Shown here: piece by piece, positions 1 to 10,458 of the stretch | Layout: every line of letters starts with the position of its first letter | Numbering within the stretch: position 1 is the first letter of the stretch | Origin: a virus | Taxonomy: Duplodnaviria > Caudoviricetes | IMG/VR virus record: IMGVR_UViG_2872922060_000001 | Coordinates: 1-64,000 of that record | Direction: 5' to 3' (one strand) | Length of the DNA stretch: 64,000 bases | Made by a program: the position numbers and the translations under genes | The notes under the pieces: model-generated | The model's input: the letters and a program-made list of their open reading frames with translations, nothing else | Told to the model about the DNA's origin: nothing | The model's database searches: none

Positions 1-16
1 AGGAAGGAGCCCGCCG

Positions 17-3000
17 ATGAGCCAGTGGAACCTCTCCGTGCGCCTCACCGGACAGGGCTCCGGGCTGACCCGCACCCTGCGCACCCTGGCTCGGGAGGCT
101 AGGGACGCTTCCCGTGACGTCAACGCACTCCGCCGCGACATCGACCGCCTCCGCGCAGAAGCCGGGCAAGGCATCCGCCTGAGCCTGCGACTCGAAGACC
201 CCATGCAGCTTCGCCGCGACGTGGCCGCGGCGGTGCGGTGGGCGTCGATGAACCAGAGCATCACCGTCCGCGTGAACGCGGACACCAGCTCACTGACCGG
301 ACTCACCCAGTCCCTCGGCGGCTTGGGAGGCGGATCCCGCAGTTCCCGCGGCATGCTGCAAGGGCTGCTCGCGCTCGCCCCGTCGGCGATCCCGCTCGTC
401 GCCGGCCTGTCCACAGGCGTCGCGGCCCTTGCCGGGCAGTTCGCTCTCGGAGGCGCCGCCGCGACCGCATTCGGGATCGCCCTGGCTGGGCAGATCGAGC
501 CCCTCACAGAAGCCGCGGATGCGGAGAAGAAATACCAGGAGGCCGTACGGGAGCACGGCCGGTCCTCCGCCGAGGCCATGCAGGCCCAGCTCAAGTACCA
601 GCAGATCCTCGCCAGCCTGCCGCCCGAGGCGCAGCAGGCCGCGATCGCCCTGTCCCAGCTGAAGCAGAACTTCTCCGACTGGTCCGACGACATGGCCGGC
701 TTCACGATGCAGCCGGTCACCAAAGGCATCACCATCCTCGACCAGCTCATCCCCCGGATGACACCGCACGTGGAGTCGTTCTCCCGCGAGCTGGACCGGC
801 TAATGAACGCCGCGGGCGGCGCCATCACCACACCCGGCTTCGACGCGCTGGCCGACAAGGTCGCTCAGCTTACCGACCAGCAGCTCGACGAGTTCACCGA
901 CGACGTCATCCACCTGCTGCGCGTCGTCTCCGAAGGCGACGCCGGCGACGGGGTGCTCGGACAGCTCATGGACTACGTCCGGGAGAACGGGCCCGAAGCG
1001 CGCGCCGCGATCCAGGCGATCGGGCAGGCGGTCATGGTCCTCGCCGAAGGTGCCGCCGAAGCCGGCCCGACCATCCTCACCCTCGTTACCGCGGCGGCCC
1101 GCCTGGTGGCCGCGCTGCCGCCCGAGCTGGTCGGCATCATCATCCAGGTCGCCACCGCCCTGAAGCTCCTCCAGCTGTCCGGGGCCGGGATGGCGGTGCT
1201 GGCGGCCGGGCTGGGCCGGGTCCGCACGCAGATCGCCGCGGTGGGTGCCACGTCCGCCGCCGCGGGCGGAGGCATCGCCGGGCTCCGTGCCGCGTTCCTC
1301 GCCCTGGGCACCGCCGCCAAGGCATCGGTGGTGCTCGCCGGGATCGGCGCCCTGGTCTACGTCCTCATGGAGCTGTCCGAGATCGGGCAGGAAGCCCCGC
1401 CGGACGTCGACAAGCTCACCTCGTCCCTGCGGCAGCTGGGGCAGACCGGCAAGGTCACCGGTGAGGCCGCCCGCGTCTTCGGGGAAGACCTCGGCGACCT
1501 CCACGAAAAGGTTCGGGCGCTGACCGACCCGTCCGCGGTGGACGACATCCAGCAGTGGATCGTCACTCTGGGCGGCCTGGGCGACTGGGACTCCACCCCG
1601 GTCAAGAAAGCCAAGGAAGACCTCGACGCCGTCGACAAGGCCCTCGCGGGCCTGGTGAAGAACGGGCAGGCCGACCTGGCGGCGGAGGCGTTGAAGCGGC
1701 TCACGGCCGAGTACGGGAAGGGCGGCCGGGACACCAGCCAGTTCACCAAGCAGCTCGACGACTACGAGTCCGCGATAGAAGACGCAAGGTTCGAGCAGGA
1801 ACTGGCGGCGGCCAGCATGGGGCTCTTCGGCCGGGCGGCCATGGACACCCAGGCCAAGCTGGAGGCGCAGAAGAAGTCCGCTGATGGGCTGAGGCAGTCG
1901 ATCCTCGCGCTGAACGAAGTCAACCGGGCCGCCGGCTCCGCCATGTCGGCGTTCGAGCAGTCCCTGGACGACGTCACCAGGGCGACCCAGAACCATGCCG
2001 GTGCGCTGAGGATGCGCGACGGTGAGCTGGACCTCGGCTCGCAGAAGGCCCGGGACGCCGAGAAAGTGCTGTCCGAACTGGCCGCGAACACCGATGCCGC
2101 GGCGGCTGCCGCACGCGAGCAGGGCAAGTCATGGGAGCACGTCAATGGGATCTTCACCGAGGGGCGGAGTGCGTTCATCGCAGCCGCCGACAGCATGGGC
2201 CTCACCCGGCAGCAGGCGGAGGCACTCGCCGACTCCTACCTGAAGATCCCCGACGCGAAGTCGATGACGCTGGAGATGCGGACCGAGGACGCGGTCGCCA
2301 GCCTCAACAACGTCATCGCCGCCATCCAGGCGACCCCGGACGCCAAGTCCGTGACCGTGAGCGCACTGACCGACGATGCGGTCATCATGCTCGAGGCGCT
2401 CGGCTACAAGGTCACCGAGCTCAAGGACGGCCGGTTCACGGTCACCGCGGAGACCGGGACCGCCAGCACGAATCTGGACCAGGTCCGGCAGAAGCGTGAC
2501 GGGCTGCAAGACAAAACGATCGTGATCAACTCGTCCGTTGCCAGCACCATCGCCGACCTGCAAGCGGTCCAGCAGAAAGTCGCCTCGACCAACGGCAAGA
2601 CGATCACGATGAAGGCGCCGACCGCGGAGGCCCGTCACCAGCTCGAGCTGCTCGGATTCAAGATCCGTGACACCAAGGGCAAGAACGTCGTCATTACCGT
2701 CCCCACCGGCACGCAGCGCGCCAACGTCGGTGCCCTCGGCTCCGCGATAGCCGGGCTCAGGGACAAGACGGTCACCATCACCACCCGGCACGTCAGCATC
2801 CACGAGACGGTCCGGAAGAACACGCAGACCACCGCCGACCTCATCGCTCAGCAGGCTGAACGGTTCGCCCAGGCGGACGGCGGCACCATCGACTTCTACG
2901 CCCGCGGCGGCATGCGGCGCGAGAACCACGTCGCGCAGATCGCCCCGTCAGGGGCGTGGCGGGTGTGGGCCGAAGACGAGACCGGCGGCGAGGCGTACAT

Positions 3001-4243
3001 TCCCTTCGCCCGGTCCAAGCGGGTCCGGTCCCGCGCCATCGCCGAGGAAACCATCCGCCGCCTGGGCGGCGACCCGGCCACCATCCAGTGGAACGCCAAC
3101 GGCAACATCACCGACTGGCGCTACGACCCCGTCTCCGGGTCCCTCTACTCCGCATCCGACGCCGGGCAGGCCGGCCACAAGACCAAGAAAGTCAAGGTCA
3201 AGGTCAAGGGCAAGTGGCAGACCAAGGAGGTCGAGTACTTCGACATCACCGCGGTCGAGAAGAAGCTGAAGGCCGCAGCGAAGGCCACCACCGTCTGGAA
3301 CAAGAACCTGGAGAAGGTCGCGGACCGGGTCGGTGGAGACGTCGCCGAGGCCCTCGCCTCGATGGGCGAGGACGGCATGAAGCTCGCCGAGAAGATGGCC
3401 AAGGGCTCGACGAAGTACATCAACGAGATGGCTGCCGCCCTGCGGAACCTTCAGAAGACGGCCAAGGCGTCGCTGACGGACTACACGCGGCAGATGGGCG
3501 CGGCGAACAAGGTCAACAGTGAGTTCTCCCGGGACCTAGCGCAGCTCGCGGCGCAGGGATACGGCGACCTGGCGTCGCAGCTCGCGGCGCAGGGCGATGA
3601 AGCTGCGATGCAGCTCGCGGACGCCGCGGCGAGGGACAAGGGCAAGGCGAAGGCCGCGAACGAGCAGGCGAAGCGGGCGAACAGCCAGCTCACCGGCGAG
3701 GAGCAGGCCGACCTCATCCAGATCATCGCCGCGATCAAGAACAAGAACACCGGCATCCACGCGGTCGCGGATGCGACCGGTCTGGGTGAGGACGTCATCA
3801 TCGACGTCGGCAACAAAGCCAAGGTCCAGATCATGCAATTCCTCGGCGGCCGCGCCCAACGGTTCCTCGCCGACCTCTTCAAGGCGAACAAGGGCATGGC
3901 CTACGCGGACGGTGGGATCCGTGCGGGCCTGTACGCCACGCAGGGCGGGATCATCCGGTTCGCGGAGCCGTCCACGCGGGGCGAGGCGTACATCCCGCTC
4001 GGGGAGAACAAGCGGCGCTCGGCGACCGCGGTGCTGTCCAACGTCGCCGGCCGGTTCGGGCTCGGCCTGACCGACGGGCAGGGGCAGCGGGTCGTCATCA
4101 TCCGCGAGCAGGGCCCGCTGGTCGGCGAGTCCCACTTCCACATCGGCGCCCATAGCTCCGACCAGGATCTGGCCCGCGCCGTGGAGGCCCGGCAGGCATA
4201 CCAGCTGAGGCGCCTGGCGCGCGGGGGAGTGGGAGCCCGATGA
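17..4243 (+). CDS. Phage tail tape measure protein
   Basis: 1408 aa Ala-rich helical ORF with hydrophobic stretches. Carries two 'ADGG...AE..T.GEAYIP' motifs typical of actinophage TMPs. Heads the tail gene string; AGGAG RBS upstream. Confidence 0.92.
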   Translation: MSQWNLSVRLTGQGSGLTRTLRTLAREARDASRDVNALRRDIDRLRAEAGQGIRLSLRLEDPMQLRRDVAAAVRWASMNQSITVRVNADTSSLTGLTQSLGGLGGGSRSSRGMLQGLLALAPSAIPLVAGLSTGVAALAGQFALGGAAATAFGIALAGQIEPLTEAADAEKKYQEAVREHGRSSAEAMQAQLKYQQILASLPPEAQQAAIALSQLKQNFSDWSDDMAGFTMQPVTKGITILDQLIPRMTPHVESFSRELDRLMNAAGGAITTPGFDALADKVAQLTDQQLDEFTDDVIHLLRVVSEGDAGDGVLGQLMDYVRENGPEARAAIQAIGQAVMVLAEGAAEAGPTILTLVTAAARLVAALPPELVGIIIQVATALKLLQLSGAGMAVLAAGLGRVRTQIAAVGATSAAAGGGIAGLRAAFLALGTAAKASVVLAGIGALVYVLMELSEIGQEAPPDVDKLTSSLRQLGQTGKVTGEAARVFGEDLGDLHEKVRALTDPSAVDDIQQWIVTLGGLGDWDSTPVKKAKEDLDAVDKALAGLVKNGQADLAAEALKRLTAEYGKGGRDTSQFTKQLDDYESAIEDARFEQELAAASMGLFGRAAMDTQAKLEAQKKSADGLRQSILALNEVNRAAGSAMSAFEQSLDDVTRATQNHAGALRMRDGELDLGSQKARDAEKVLSELAANTDAAAAAAREQGKSWEHVNGIFTEGRSAFIAAADSMGLTRQQAEALADSYLKIPDAKSMTLEMRTEDAVASLNNVIAAIQATPDAKSVTVSALTDDAVIMLEALGYKVTELKDGRFTVTAETGTASTNLDQVRQKRDGLQDKTIVINSSVASTIADLQAVQQKVASTNGKTITMKAPTAEARHQLELLGFKIRDTKGKNVVITVPTGTQRANVGALGSAIAGLRDKTVTITTRHVSIHETVRKNTQTTADLIAQQAERFAQADGGTIDFYARGGMRRENHVAQIAPSGAWRVWAEDETGGEAYIPFARSKRVRSRAIAEETIRRLGGDPATIQWNANGNITDWRYDPVSGSLYSASDAGQAGHKTKKVKVKVKGKWQTKEVEYFDITAVEKKLKAAAKATTVWNKNLEKVADRVGGDVAEALASMGEDGMKLAEKMAKGSTKYINEMAAALRNLQKTAKASLTDYTRQMGAANKVNSEFSRDLAQLAAQGYGDLASQLAAQGDEAAMQLADAAARDKGKAKAANEQAKRANSQLTGEEQADLIQIIAAIKNKNTGIHAVADATGLGEDVIIDVGNKAKVQIMQFLGGRAQRFLADLFKANKGMAYADGGIRAGLYATQGGIIRFAEPSTRGEAYIPLGENKRRSATAVLSNVAGRFGLGLTDGQGQRVVIIREQGPLVGESHFHIGAHSSDQDLARAVEARQAYQLRRLARGGVGAR

Positions 4244-5136
4244 GCACACCTGTAGAGCTGATCGACGGTCAGCACGAGCTGGCCGGCTTCCTGATCGGCA
4301 AGGACACCCCGGTCGTCATCGCCACCATCGAGGGCCTGGGCCGGGCGCCGGTACGGACATCGGACACCGAGCCGCCCGGCGAGGACGGCCTGTGGCTCGG
4401 CCAGGATCTGTTCGCCGGCCGGGAGGTCCGGATCGACGCCGCCATCAAGGTGCCCGGCGACGAGGCCGGCGCCCTGGCGGTGCACGAGGCGTTGCAGAAC
4501 GCGGCCGACGACGAAACGGTCCGCCTGGCGGGCGGCGCCGCCACCACTCTCCGGCTGAAGTTCCCCGGCCGCCCGTCACGCACGGTGCGGGGCAGGATCC
4601 GCAAGTTGGATGCCGACCTGTCCCAGGCCAAGCACGGCTGGATCCCCCTCGACATCGAGTTCACCGGGCAGGACCAGCTGTTCTACGCGGACCTCCCAGA
4701 CACCACGTCGATGCCGCTCGGCTCCGTCGCGCGCGGCGGGCTGACGTTCCCGCTGATGTTCCCGTTCACGATCGAGCTCACCGCGGGCGCCATCGGCCGG
4801 CCCGGGTTCCTCGACGTGGCGGGCACCGCCCCCACCTGGCCCGTGCTGCGCGTGCACGGCCCCTGCGCCAACCCGAAGATCACCCACGTGGAGACCGGCC
4901 GGTCCCTGACCGTGCAGGGCTCTCTCGCAGCGGGGGAGTGGGTGGAGATCGACACCCGGCCCGGATGGCGGACCGTGCTCCGTGACAACGGCGGCGGCAT
5001 GCCGCTGACCCCGCAGTCCCGCATCGACCTGTTCCGCCTGCTGCCTGGCATGAACGAACTCCACTGGACCGCGACCGACCCTACTTTGACCAGCACTCTG
5101 GCCGTCACTTGGTGGCCGGCCTACAAGGCCCTCTGA
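4240..5136 (+). CDS. Distal tail protein (Dit-like minor tail protein)
   Basis: Directly follows TMP (ATGA overlap). Has 'GLTFPLMFPF', 'GTAPTWPVLRVHGP..NP' and 'F.LLPG.NEL', typical of siphophage Dit. Confidence 0.85.
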   Translation: MSTPVELIDGQHELAGFLIGKDTPVVIATIEGLGRAPVRTSDTEPPGEDGLWLGQDLFAGREVRIDAAIKVPGDEAGALAVHEALQNAADDETVRLAGGAATTLRLKFPGRPSRTVRGRIRKLDADLSQAKHGWIPLDIEFTGQDQLFYADLPDTTSMPLGSVARGGLTFPLMFPFTIELTAGAIGRPGFLDVAGTAPTWPVLRVHGPCANPKITHVETGRSLTVQGSLAAGEWVEIDTRPGWRTVLRDNGGGMPLTPQSRIDLFRLLPGMNELHWTATDPTLTSTLAVTWWPAYKAL

Positions 5137-5147
5137 GGAGACCACCG

Positions 5148-6098
5148 ATGGCACTCGTCCCTGTACCGATCGCGACGCTGGGCGCGGAGCACTCAGCGCA
5201 GCAGTTCCGCATGATGATCAAGGATTTGGCGCGGGACAACCAGGGCGTCACCACCGGATCAGACTTGAAGGTCACCGCTCTCGCGACGCCGGGCGGCGCC
5301 GTGCAGATCGGCGACGGATCCGCGGTCATCGCCGGGAAGGTCTCCCCGGTCCAGGGCTACTACAACGCGTACAACATCGGCTCCGACACCGTGCAGATCG
5401 CTGCGACGGGCAGCACGTCCCGCTCCGACATGCTCGTGCTGCGCGTCGAGGACCCCGAGTACGAGGGCGACCGCGACCCCGCTACGGATCCGATCGTGTT
5501 CTTCGAGGTCATCCCCAACGTTTCCTCGACCGCGACGACGGTGCCGGCCGGGTACTCGGCGATCCCGCTCGCCCGGATCGACATCCCATCGTCCACTGCC
5601 ACGATCACCAACGCGATGATCAAGGATCTGCGGCAGATCGCGAACCCGCGGCGGGAACGGATCCTCACCCCCTACTACTTTCCGGGCCCGTTGCAGGAGA
5701 TATCTGGGACATCCACGACGTGGAAGACCCACCCGAACGTGACCATGGCGACGCTGGCCATCCCATCGTGGGCGGCCACCGCGAAGGTCGTGTTCTCGGC
5801 GACCAACATCCGGCTTGCCGAAGGCGCGATCTTCGCCGGGTTCCGGTTCATGCTCGGCAGCACCGAAGCCGTCCAGGAAGTCCGCATCGACGACAACCAG
5901 GGCACCTCGGCCCGCCGCGTCTACGTGGAGATCGTGGAGACGATCGATCTGACCACCACAGCCGGGGCGGCGATGCGCGGCACCAACCAGCCGTTCCGCG
6001 CTCGGATGCGCACCGACGCCTTCAATGACGGAAAGATCGGCGCCGACTCCCTGACCAGCTACAAAATCGACGTCGAGTTCCTCGAGGGCCGCCTGTGA
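5148..6098 (+). CDS. Minor tail protein
   Basis: GAGGAG RBS before ATG 5148. 'RSDMLVLRVED...IPLARI' baseplate-type motif and tail context. Confidence 0.75.
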   Translation: MALVPVPIATLGAEHSAQQFRMMIKDLARDNQGVTTGSDLKVTALATPGGAVQIGDGSAVIAGKVSPVQGYYNAYNIGSDTVQIAATGSTSRSDMLVLRVEDPEYEGDRDPATDPIVFFEVIPNVSSTATTVPAGYSAIPLARIDIPSSTATITNAMIKDLRQIANPRRERILTPYYFPGPLQEISGTSTTWKTHPNVTMATLAIPSWAATAKVVFSATNIRLAEGAIFAGFRFMLGSTEAVQEVRIDDNQGTSARRVYVEIVETIDLTTTAGAAMRGTNQPFRARMRTDAFNDGKIGADSLTSYKIDVEFLEGRL

Positions 6099-7195
6099 CC
6101 AGCCGCTGGCGGTACTGGACCCAGCACGCCCTGACCGGGGTGATGCTGCACCCCGCGCTGCCGCTGACCGACGTCGAGTTCGGCAACGAACTCAACGGCC
6201 CAGGTGAGCTCCGCGGCACCCTCACGCCCCGCTTCGTGAAAGCCAACGCGGCGTCGCTGCTGCCGGGCAAGGCCCTCATCTACGCCGAAGCCGACGGCAT
6301 CCTCCGCTGGGGCGGCCTCATCTGGGACGTCACCGTCGAGGACGGTGAATACCGCCTCGAGGCCGCGTCCTGGTCGTCGTACCTGAACGCCCGCCACGAC
6401 CACCACGGCGAGCTCGCCGGCCGCGGCCCCTACGTGAACACCGACCCATGCAAAATCATCCGCGACATCTGGGCCTACGCGCAGTCCCAGCCCGACGGCA
6501 ACCTCGGCGTCACCGTCGACACGACGACGTCGAGCATGAAGGTCGGCACCCCCGCAGAGCCCTGGCACTCCTACTGGTACGAGACGCCCAACCTCGGCGA
6601 CCAGGTCGACGACCTCATCTCCGAGGACGGCGCCCCCCAGTACACGAACACCTGCCGCTACCTGGCCAACGGCACCGTCGAGAGGCGCCTCAAGCTGGGC
6701 TATCCGCGGCTGGGTGCCCGTCGCACCGACATCAGCTTCCGCACCGGCGTGAACATCGTGACCGCGCCGCCGGTGGAGTACTCGGGCGACGACTACGCCA
6801 ACGTCATCCTCGCCACCGGCTCCGGTGAGGGAACCGCCACCCGCCGGGCTGAGGCGCCGTCCCGGGACGGGGGGCTGCGCATGGAGCATGTTCTGGCCCT
6901 GCCGACCGTCAACGGCAACGACATCCTCGCCAAGCGCGCCGCGGCGGAGCTGAAACGCCGCAAGATCATGGGCCAGGTCGAGACGATCACCGTGCGGGAC
7001 CATCCCAATGCGCCCCTCGGGTCGTGGCAGATCGGCGACGACGTGACCGTCACCGTCAACAACCAATGGGTGTCGTGGTCCGGCTGGGCCCGGGTCGTCG
7101 CCGAGTCCTACCAGCCCGACAAGGCGCCCGACCAGGCCGTCCTCACCCTGAAACGCGCCGACTCCTACCACTACGGACCCCCGGAGGCAGCCTGA
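6095..7195 (+). CDS. Minor tail/baseplate hub protein (Tal/Gp37-like)
   Basis: 'ELNGPG', 'WGGLIW', 'LGYPRLG', 'GSGEG' and 'WQIGDDV' motifs; coupled to both neighbours. Confidence 0.8.
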   Translation: MTSRWRYWTQHALTGVMLHPALPLTDVEFGNELNGPGELRGTLTPRFVKANAASLLPGKALIYAEADGILRWGGLIWDVTVEDGEYRLEAASWSSYLNARHDHHGELAGRGPYVNTDPCKIIRDIWAYAQSQPDGNLGVTVDTTTSSMKVGTPAEPWHSYWYETPNLGDQVDDLISEDGAPQYTNTCRYLANGTVERRLKLGYPRLGARRTDISFRTGVNIVTAPPVEYSGDDYANVILATGSGEGTATRRAEAPSRDGGLRMEHVLALPTVNGNDILAKRAAAELKRRKIMGQVETITVRDHPNAPLGSWQIGDDVTVTVNNQWVSWSGWARVVAESYQPDKAPDQAVLTLKRADSYHYGPPEAA

Positions 7196-9579
7196 TGGCC
7201 CGCAGCATCCCCCAGGAGCTCGCCCGCCTCGCCCGCGAGCTGAAGGAGATCAAGAGAGGGCAGCGGTACGCGCACGGCGGCAGCATCGAGAACAGCGCGG
7301 TCGAGGTCAAGGACGGCACGGGGAGTCTCCGAGCGATCGTCGGCGTGCAGGCCGACGGGACCACCGCCGTGAACATCGTGAACGGGCCGCCGCCGCCTCA
7401 GCCGAGCCCGCCGATCGTCACCCCGGTTCTCGGCGGGGTCGCCGTCTCCTGGGACGGCGCCTTCGCTGATGGTGCCGTGCTGCCGCTGGACTGGCAGCGC
7501 ATCGAGGTACACGCCTCCGCCATCGACGGCTTCACCCCCGTCCCGGACACCCTCCACGGCACCATCGAAACCCCGCAGGGCAGCACGGTCGTCGCCGCCA
7601 CCGACACCCCCGTCTACGTCCGGCTGCTGGCCCGCAGCACCTCCGGTACCGCCTCCACGCCATCCGCTCAGGCTGGGCCCGCCGGCCCGGCGCCGGTCGT
7701 CGCCCAGGAACTCCTCGACGGGATCGTCACCAGCAGCAAAATCGCCGCCGGCGCGGTCACCATCAACGCGCTCACCGAATCCCTCGCCGACACCGCCTCC
7801 CAGCGCTACGTCGATGCCATGGGCGACCCGACCGCGTGGACCGTCCTCACCAAAGCACCAGCCGCGACCTGGACCTTCCTGGACGGCGTCACCGACGCCC
7901 GCACCGGCAGCACCGTCGCCCAGGCCACCGGCTACACCGTCGTCCGTGGCACCCTGCAGATGCCCTACGACCCCGACGTGCTGTACCGGGTCTCCGTCCG
8001 GGCCCGGACTACAGCCGCGTCCGCGTCCGGCACCGACACCCTGTACGCCGGCGTCCTCGGCATCGCCGCGGACGGCGTCACGTACGTCAACCGGACCGGC
8101 GCCAACTCGTACTACACCCAGCTCTACCCGGCCGCCTCGAACACAGCGCAGCCCACCGCCTCGGGCTGGGTCACCTACACCGGCTACCTGAAAGGGCACG
8201 CCGCGTCCGGGACCGTCGGCACGATGCCGGATCCGCGCACCCCGGGCGCCGCCCACACCAACGTCCGCTTCCTCGCCCCGCTGCTGTACCTGAACTTCGG
8301 CTCCGGAACCTCCGGCGACACCGGCACCATGCAGGTCGACGCGTTCACCCTGGAAGCGCTGAAGACCGGCGTCGTGAACAGCAGCAACCTCGTCGCCGGG
8401 TCGGTGACGACGGCCGCGCTCGCCGCGGACTCGGTCACCGCCACACACATCCAGGCGAACGCCGTGACGACAGCTAAGCTCGACGCGGAAGCCGTCACCG
8501 CAGCGAAGATCGCGGGCCTGACCATCACCGGCGACAAGATCGCCGCGAACGCCATCACCGTCGGCAAGCTCGCCGCTGGCGCCGTGGACGCGACCGCGCT
8601 CGCCGCGGACGCCATCACCGGCAAGACCATCACCGGTGGCATCATCAACGGTTCCCTTATCCAGACCGCGACCAGCGGGCCCCGGGTCACCGTCAACGAG
8701 GACAACCTCAACAAGGTCCTCGTCTACGACGCGACCACCCCCACCGCGATCGGGGAACTCTCCGAGCGGGGCCTGCTCCTCCAAGGCAACAACGGCGCAA
8801 TCCTCTGGCTCGACCCGGACAGCGCCTATCCGAACCTGCGGTTCACGAACGCGGCTCAGACGAACAGCGCCTACGTCAACGTGTCCGAGACCTCGCCGGG
8901 CGCCGCCGACCTCGGCCTGACCTCCGGGGTGTTCACCGGATCCGGGTTCTCGGACATGAAGTGGCGCACGTTCATGGGTAACGATTTCGCGGTCATCGAG
9001 CGAATCAGGAACGCTGACGATCAGTACTCGGTGGGTGGGCGTTTCTTCCTCAGCGGCACCTCCGCCTCTCTCGGCTACCGCGACTCCGGCGGCACGTCCC
9101 AGAGCAGCACGCTCTTCGTGCAGGCTGGGCACGCTTTCGTCAGCGGCGGACGGTTCAGCGTCCAGCCCCCCGCATCGTCGTCCAGCGCTGTCCTCGTTAG
9201 CGTGGCCGCCGGGCACACAGGCAACCTGCTGAACCTCACCGTTGACGGTGCCACCAGGATGAACGTCGACAAGGACGGCAACACTGACATCAAGGGCATC
9301 ATGACGGCCGGGAACATCGCGTCCGGCACCATCACCATCACCCCCTCCGCCGCCCACACCCCGACCAGCGCCAGCGTCAACTTCGGCCCGCTGAAGGGCA
9401 CTACTTTCCGCGGCTACGCCACCGCCGTCACCACCGTGCCCGGCGTCCGCACCCCGGTCGGCGCCCAAGGCGTCACCGGCGTTTCCGTCTCCTCGGTTAC
9501 TTCCAGCAGCATGCTGGTCTGGGTCAACCGGGAGAACACGACCGCAACCGTCATCAACTGGATGGTGATCGCATCATGA
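7195..9579 (+). CDS. Tail fibre / receptor-binding protein
   Basis: FN3-like N-terminal region and ~10-aa 'AVTAAKIAA' repeats; last large tail gene. Confidence 0.8.
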   Translation: MARSIPQELARLARELKEIKRGQRYAHGGSIENSAVEVKDGTGSLRAIVGVQADGTTAVNIVNGPPPPQPSPPIVTPVLGGVAVSWDGAFADGAVLPLDWQRIEVHASAIDGFTPVPDTLHGTIETPQGSTVVAATDTPVYVRLLARSTSGTASTPSAQAGPAGPAPVVAQELLDGIVTSSKIAAGAVTINALTESLADTASQRYVDAMGDPTAWTVLTKAPAATWTFLDGVTDARTGSTVAQATGYTVVRGTLQMPYDPDVLYRVSVRARTTAASASGTDTLYAGVLGIAADGVTYVNRTGANSYYTQLYPAASNTAQPTASGWVTYTGYLKGHAASGTVGTMPDPRTPGAAHTNVRFLAPLLYLNFGSGTSGDTGTMQVDAFTLEALKTGVVNSSNLVAGSVTTAALAADSVTATHIQANAVTTAKLDAEAVTAAKIAGLTITGDKIAANAITVGKLAAGAVDATALAADAITGKTITGGIINGSLIQTATSGPRVTVNEDNLNKVLVYDATTPTAIGELSERGLLLQGNNGAILWLDPDSAYPNLRFTNAAQTNSAYVNVSETSPGAADLGLTSGVFTGSGFSDMKWRTFMGNDFAVIERIRNADDQYSVGGRFFLSGTSASLGYRDSGGTSQSSTLFVQAGHAFVSGGRFSVQPPASSSSAVLVSVAAGHTGNLLNLTVDGATRMNVDKDGNTDIKGIMTAGNIASGTITITPSAAHTPTSASVNFGPLKGTTFRGYATAVTTVPGVRTPVGAQGVTGVSVSSVTSSSMLVWVNRENTTATVINWMVIAS

Positions 9580-9917
9580 CCGAGTCCGCGTCCGAATCGA
9601 CACAGAGCACCGAGCCGCCCCAGCCCCCCGAAGGGGATCCGCCGCCCGAGCCGGTCGACCCCGACCCGGAGACCCCGGATCCGATACCCGACCCGGAGCC
9701 CATCACCTGGGAGCCGCAGACGTGGTACGCCGTCACGGCCGCGTGCCGCACCCCCGGATGCCGGCAGGAGAACATCGTCGTCGACATCCCGATGTTCTAC
9801 TCCAACAACGGCGACCCCAAGTTCTGTCGCGTCGTGTGCGCCCAGGACGGCGCGTGCGGCAAGGACGCCACGATCCTCACCGCGAGCAAGCTGGACCCGC
9901 AGCCGCCGGAGGAATGA
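9576..9917 (+). CDS. Small Cys-containing protein after tail fibre (possible fibre chaperone)
   Basis: ATGA overlap, Pro/acidic N-terminus, CxxxxC...CxxxxxC. Confidence 0.6.
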   Translation: MTESASESTQSTEPPQPPEGDPPPEPVDPDPETPDPIPDPEPITWEPQTWYAVTAACRTPGCRQENIVVDIPMFYSNNGDPKFCRVVCAQDGACGKDATILTASKLDPQPPEE

Positions 9918-10071
9918 GCAGCCAGGCGGGGGCAACAGCCCCCGCCGCAGGCCCTAGCCTGATCACAGGGGCGACCCTCCGCCCCGAGCAGCACCCCTCC
10001 GAGGGACGGCCGCAGCATGTGGCCCGCCATCACAGTTCACCTGGGCGCGGGGAGATCCAGGAGACCGGGCG

Positions 10072-10458
10072 ATGCCCGATCCGAGCACACCACAGGACGA
10101 GTCGACGACTGCCCGGAAGAAGACCGCCGCAGCCCCGGAGCTCGAGCCGGCCACCGACACCACCACGGCATCCGACACCAGTACTACCTACGAGCCGTAC
10201 CCGGGCGCCGGATTCTTCCACGGCGGCCGCCACTCCCAGGTCTTCGTGGCGATGGCCGCCCGCCTCGAGGTCGAGGGCTGCACCGACGGCCGCTACCTGG
10301 GCCCGGACTGGACGAACGCCCACCGTGACGCTTTCGCTGCCTGGCAGCGCACCCTGCGCCCCAAGGAGGGCGGCGACGTCTCCGGCATCCCCGACCAGGT
10401 GGCCTGGGACCGACTCCAGGTCCCGCGCGTCAGCCCCATGACCGGGGAGGCGTCCTGA
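10072..10458 (+). CDS. Stand-alone peptidoglycan-binding-domain protein
   Basis: 'PYPGAGFF...GPDWT..DAFAAWQR.L...GIPD..WD.L' resembles Streptomyces PG-binding domains and the endolysin C-terminus. Confidence 0.7.
   Translation: MPDPSTPQDESTTARKKTAAAPELEPATDTTTASDTSTTYEPYPGAGFFHGGRHSQVFVAMAARLEVEGCTDGRYLGPDWTNAHRDAFAAWQRTLRPKEGGDVSGIPDQVAWDRLQVPRVSPMTGEAS

Noticed and set aside
7195-9579. Diversity-generating retroelement or shufflon acting on the tail fibre
   Set aside because: No reverse transcriptase, template repeat or duplicated fibre ends seen.
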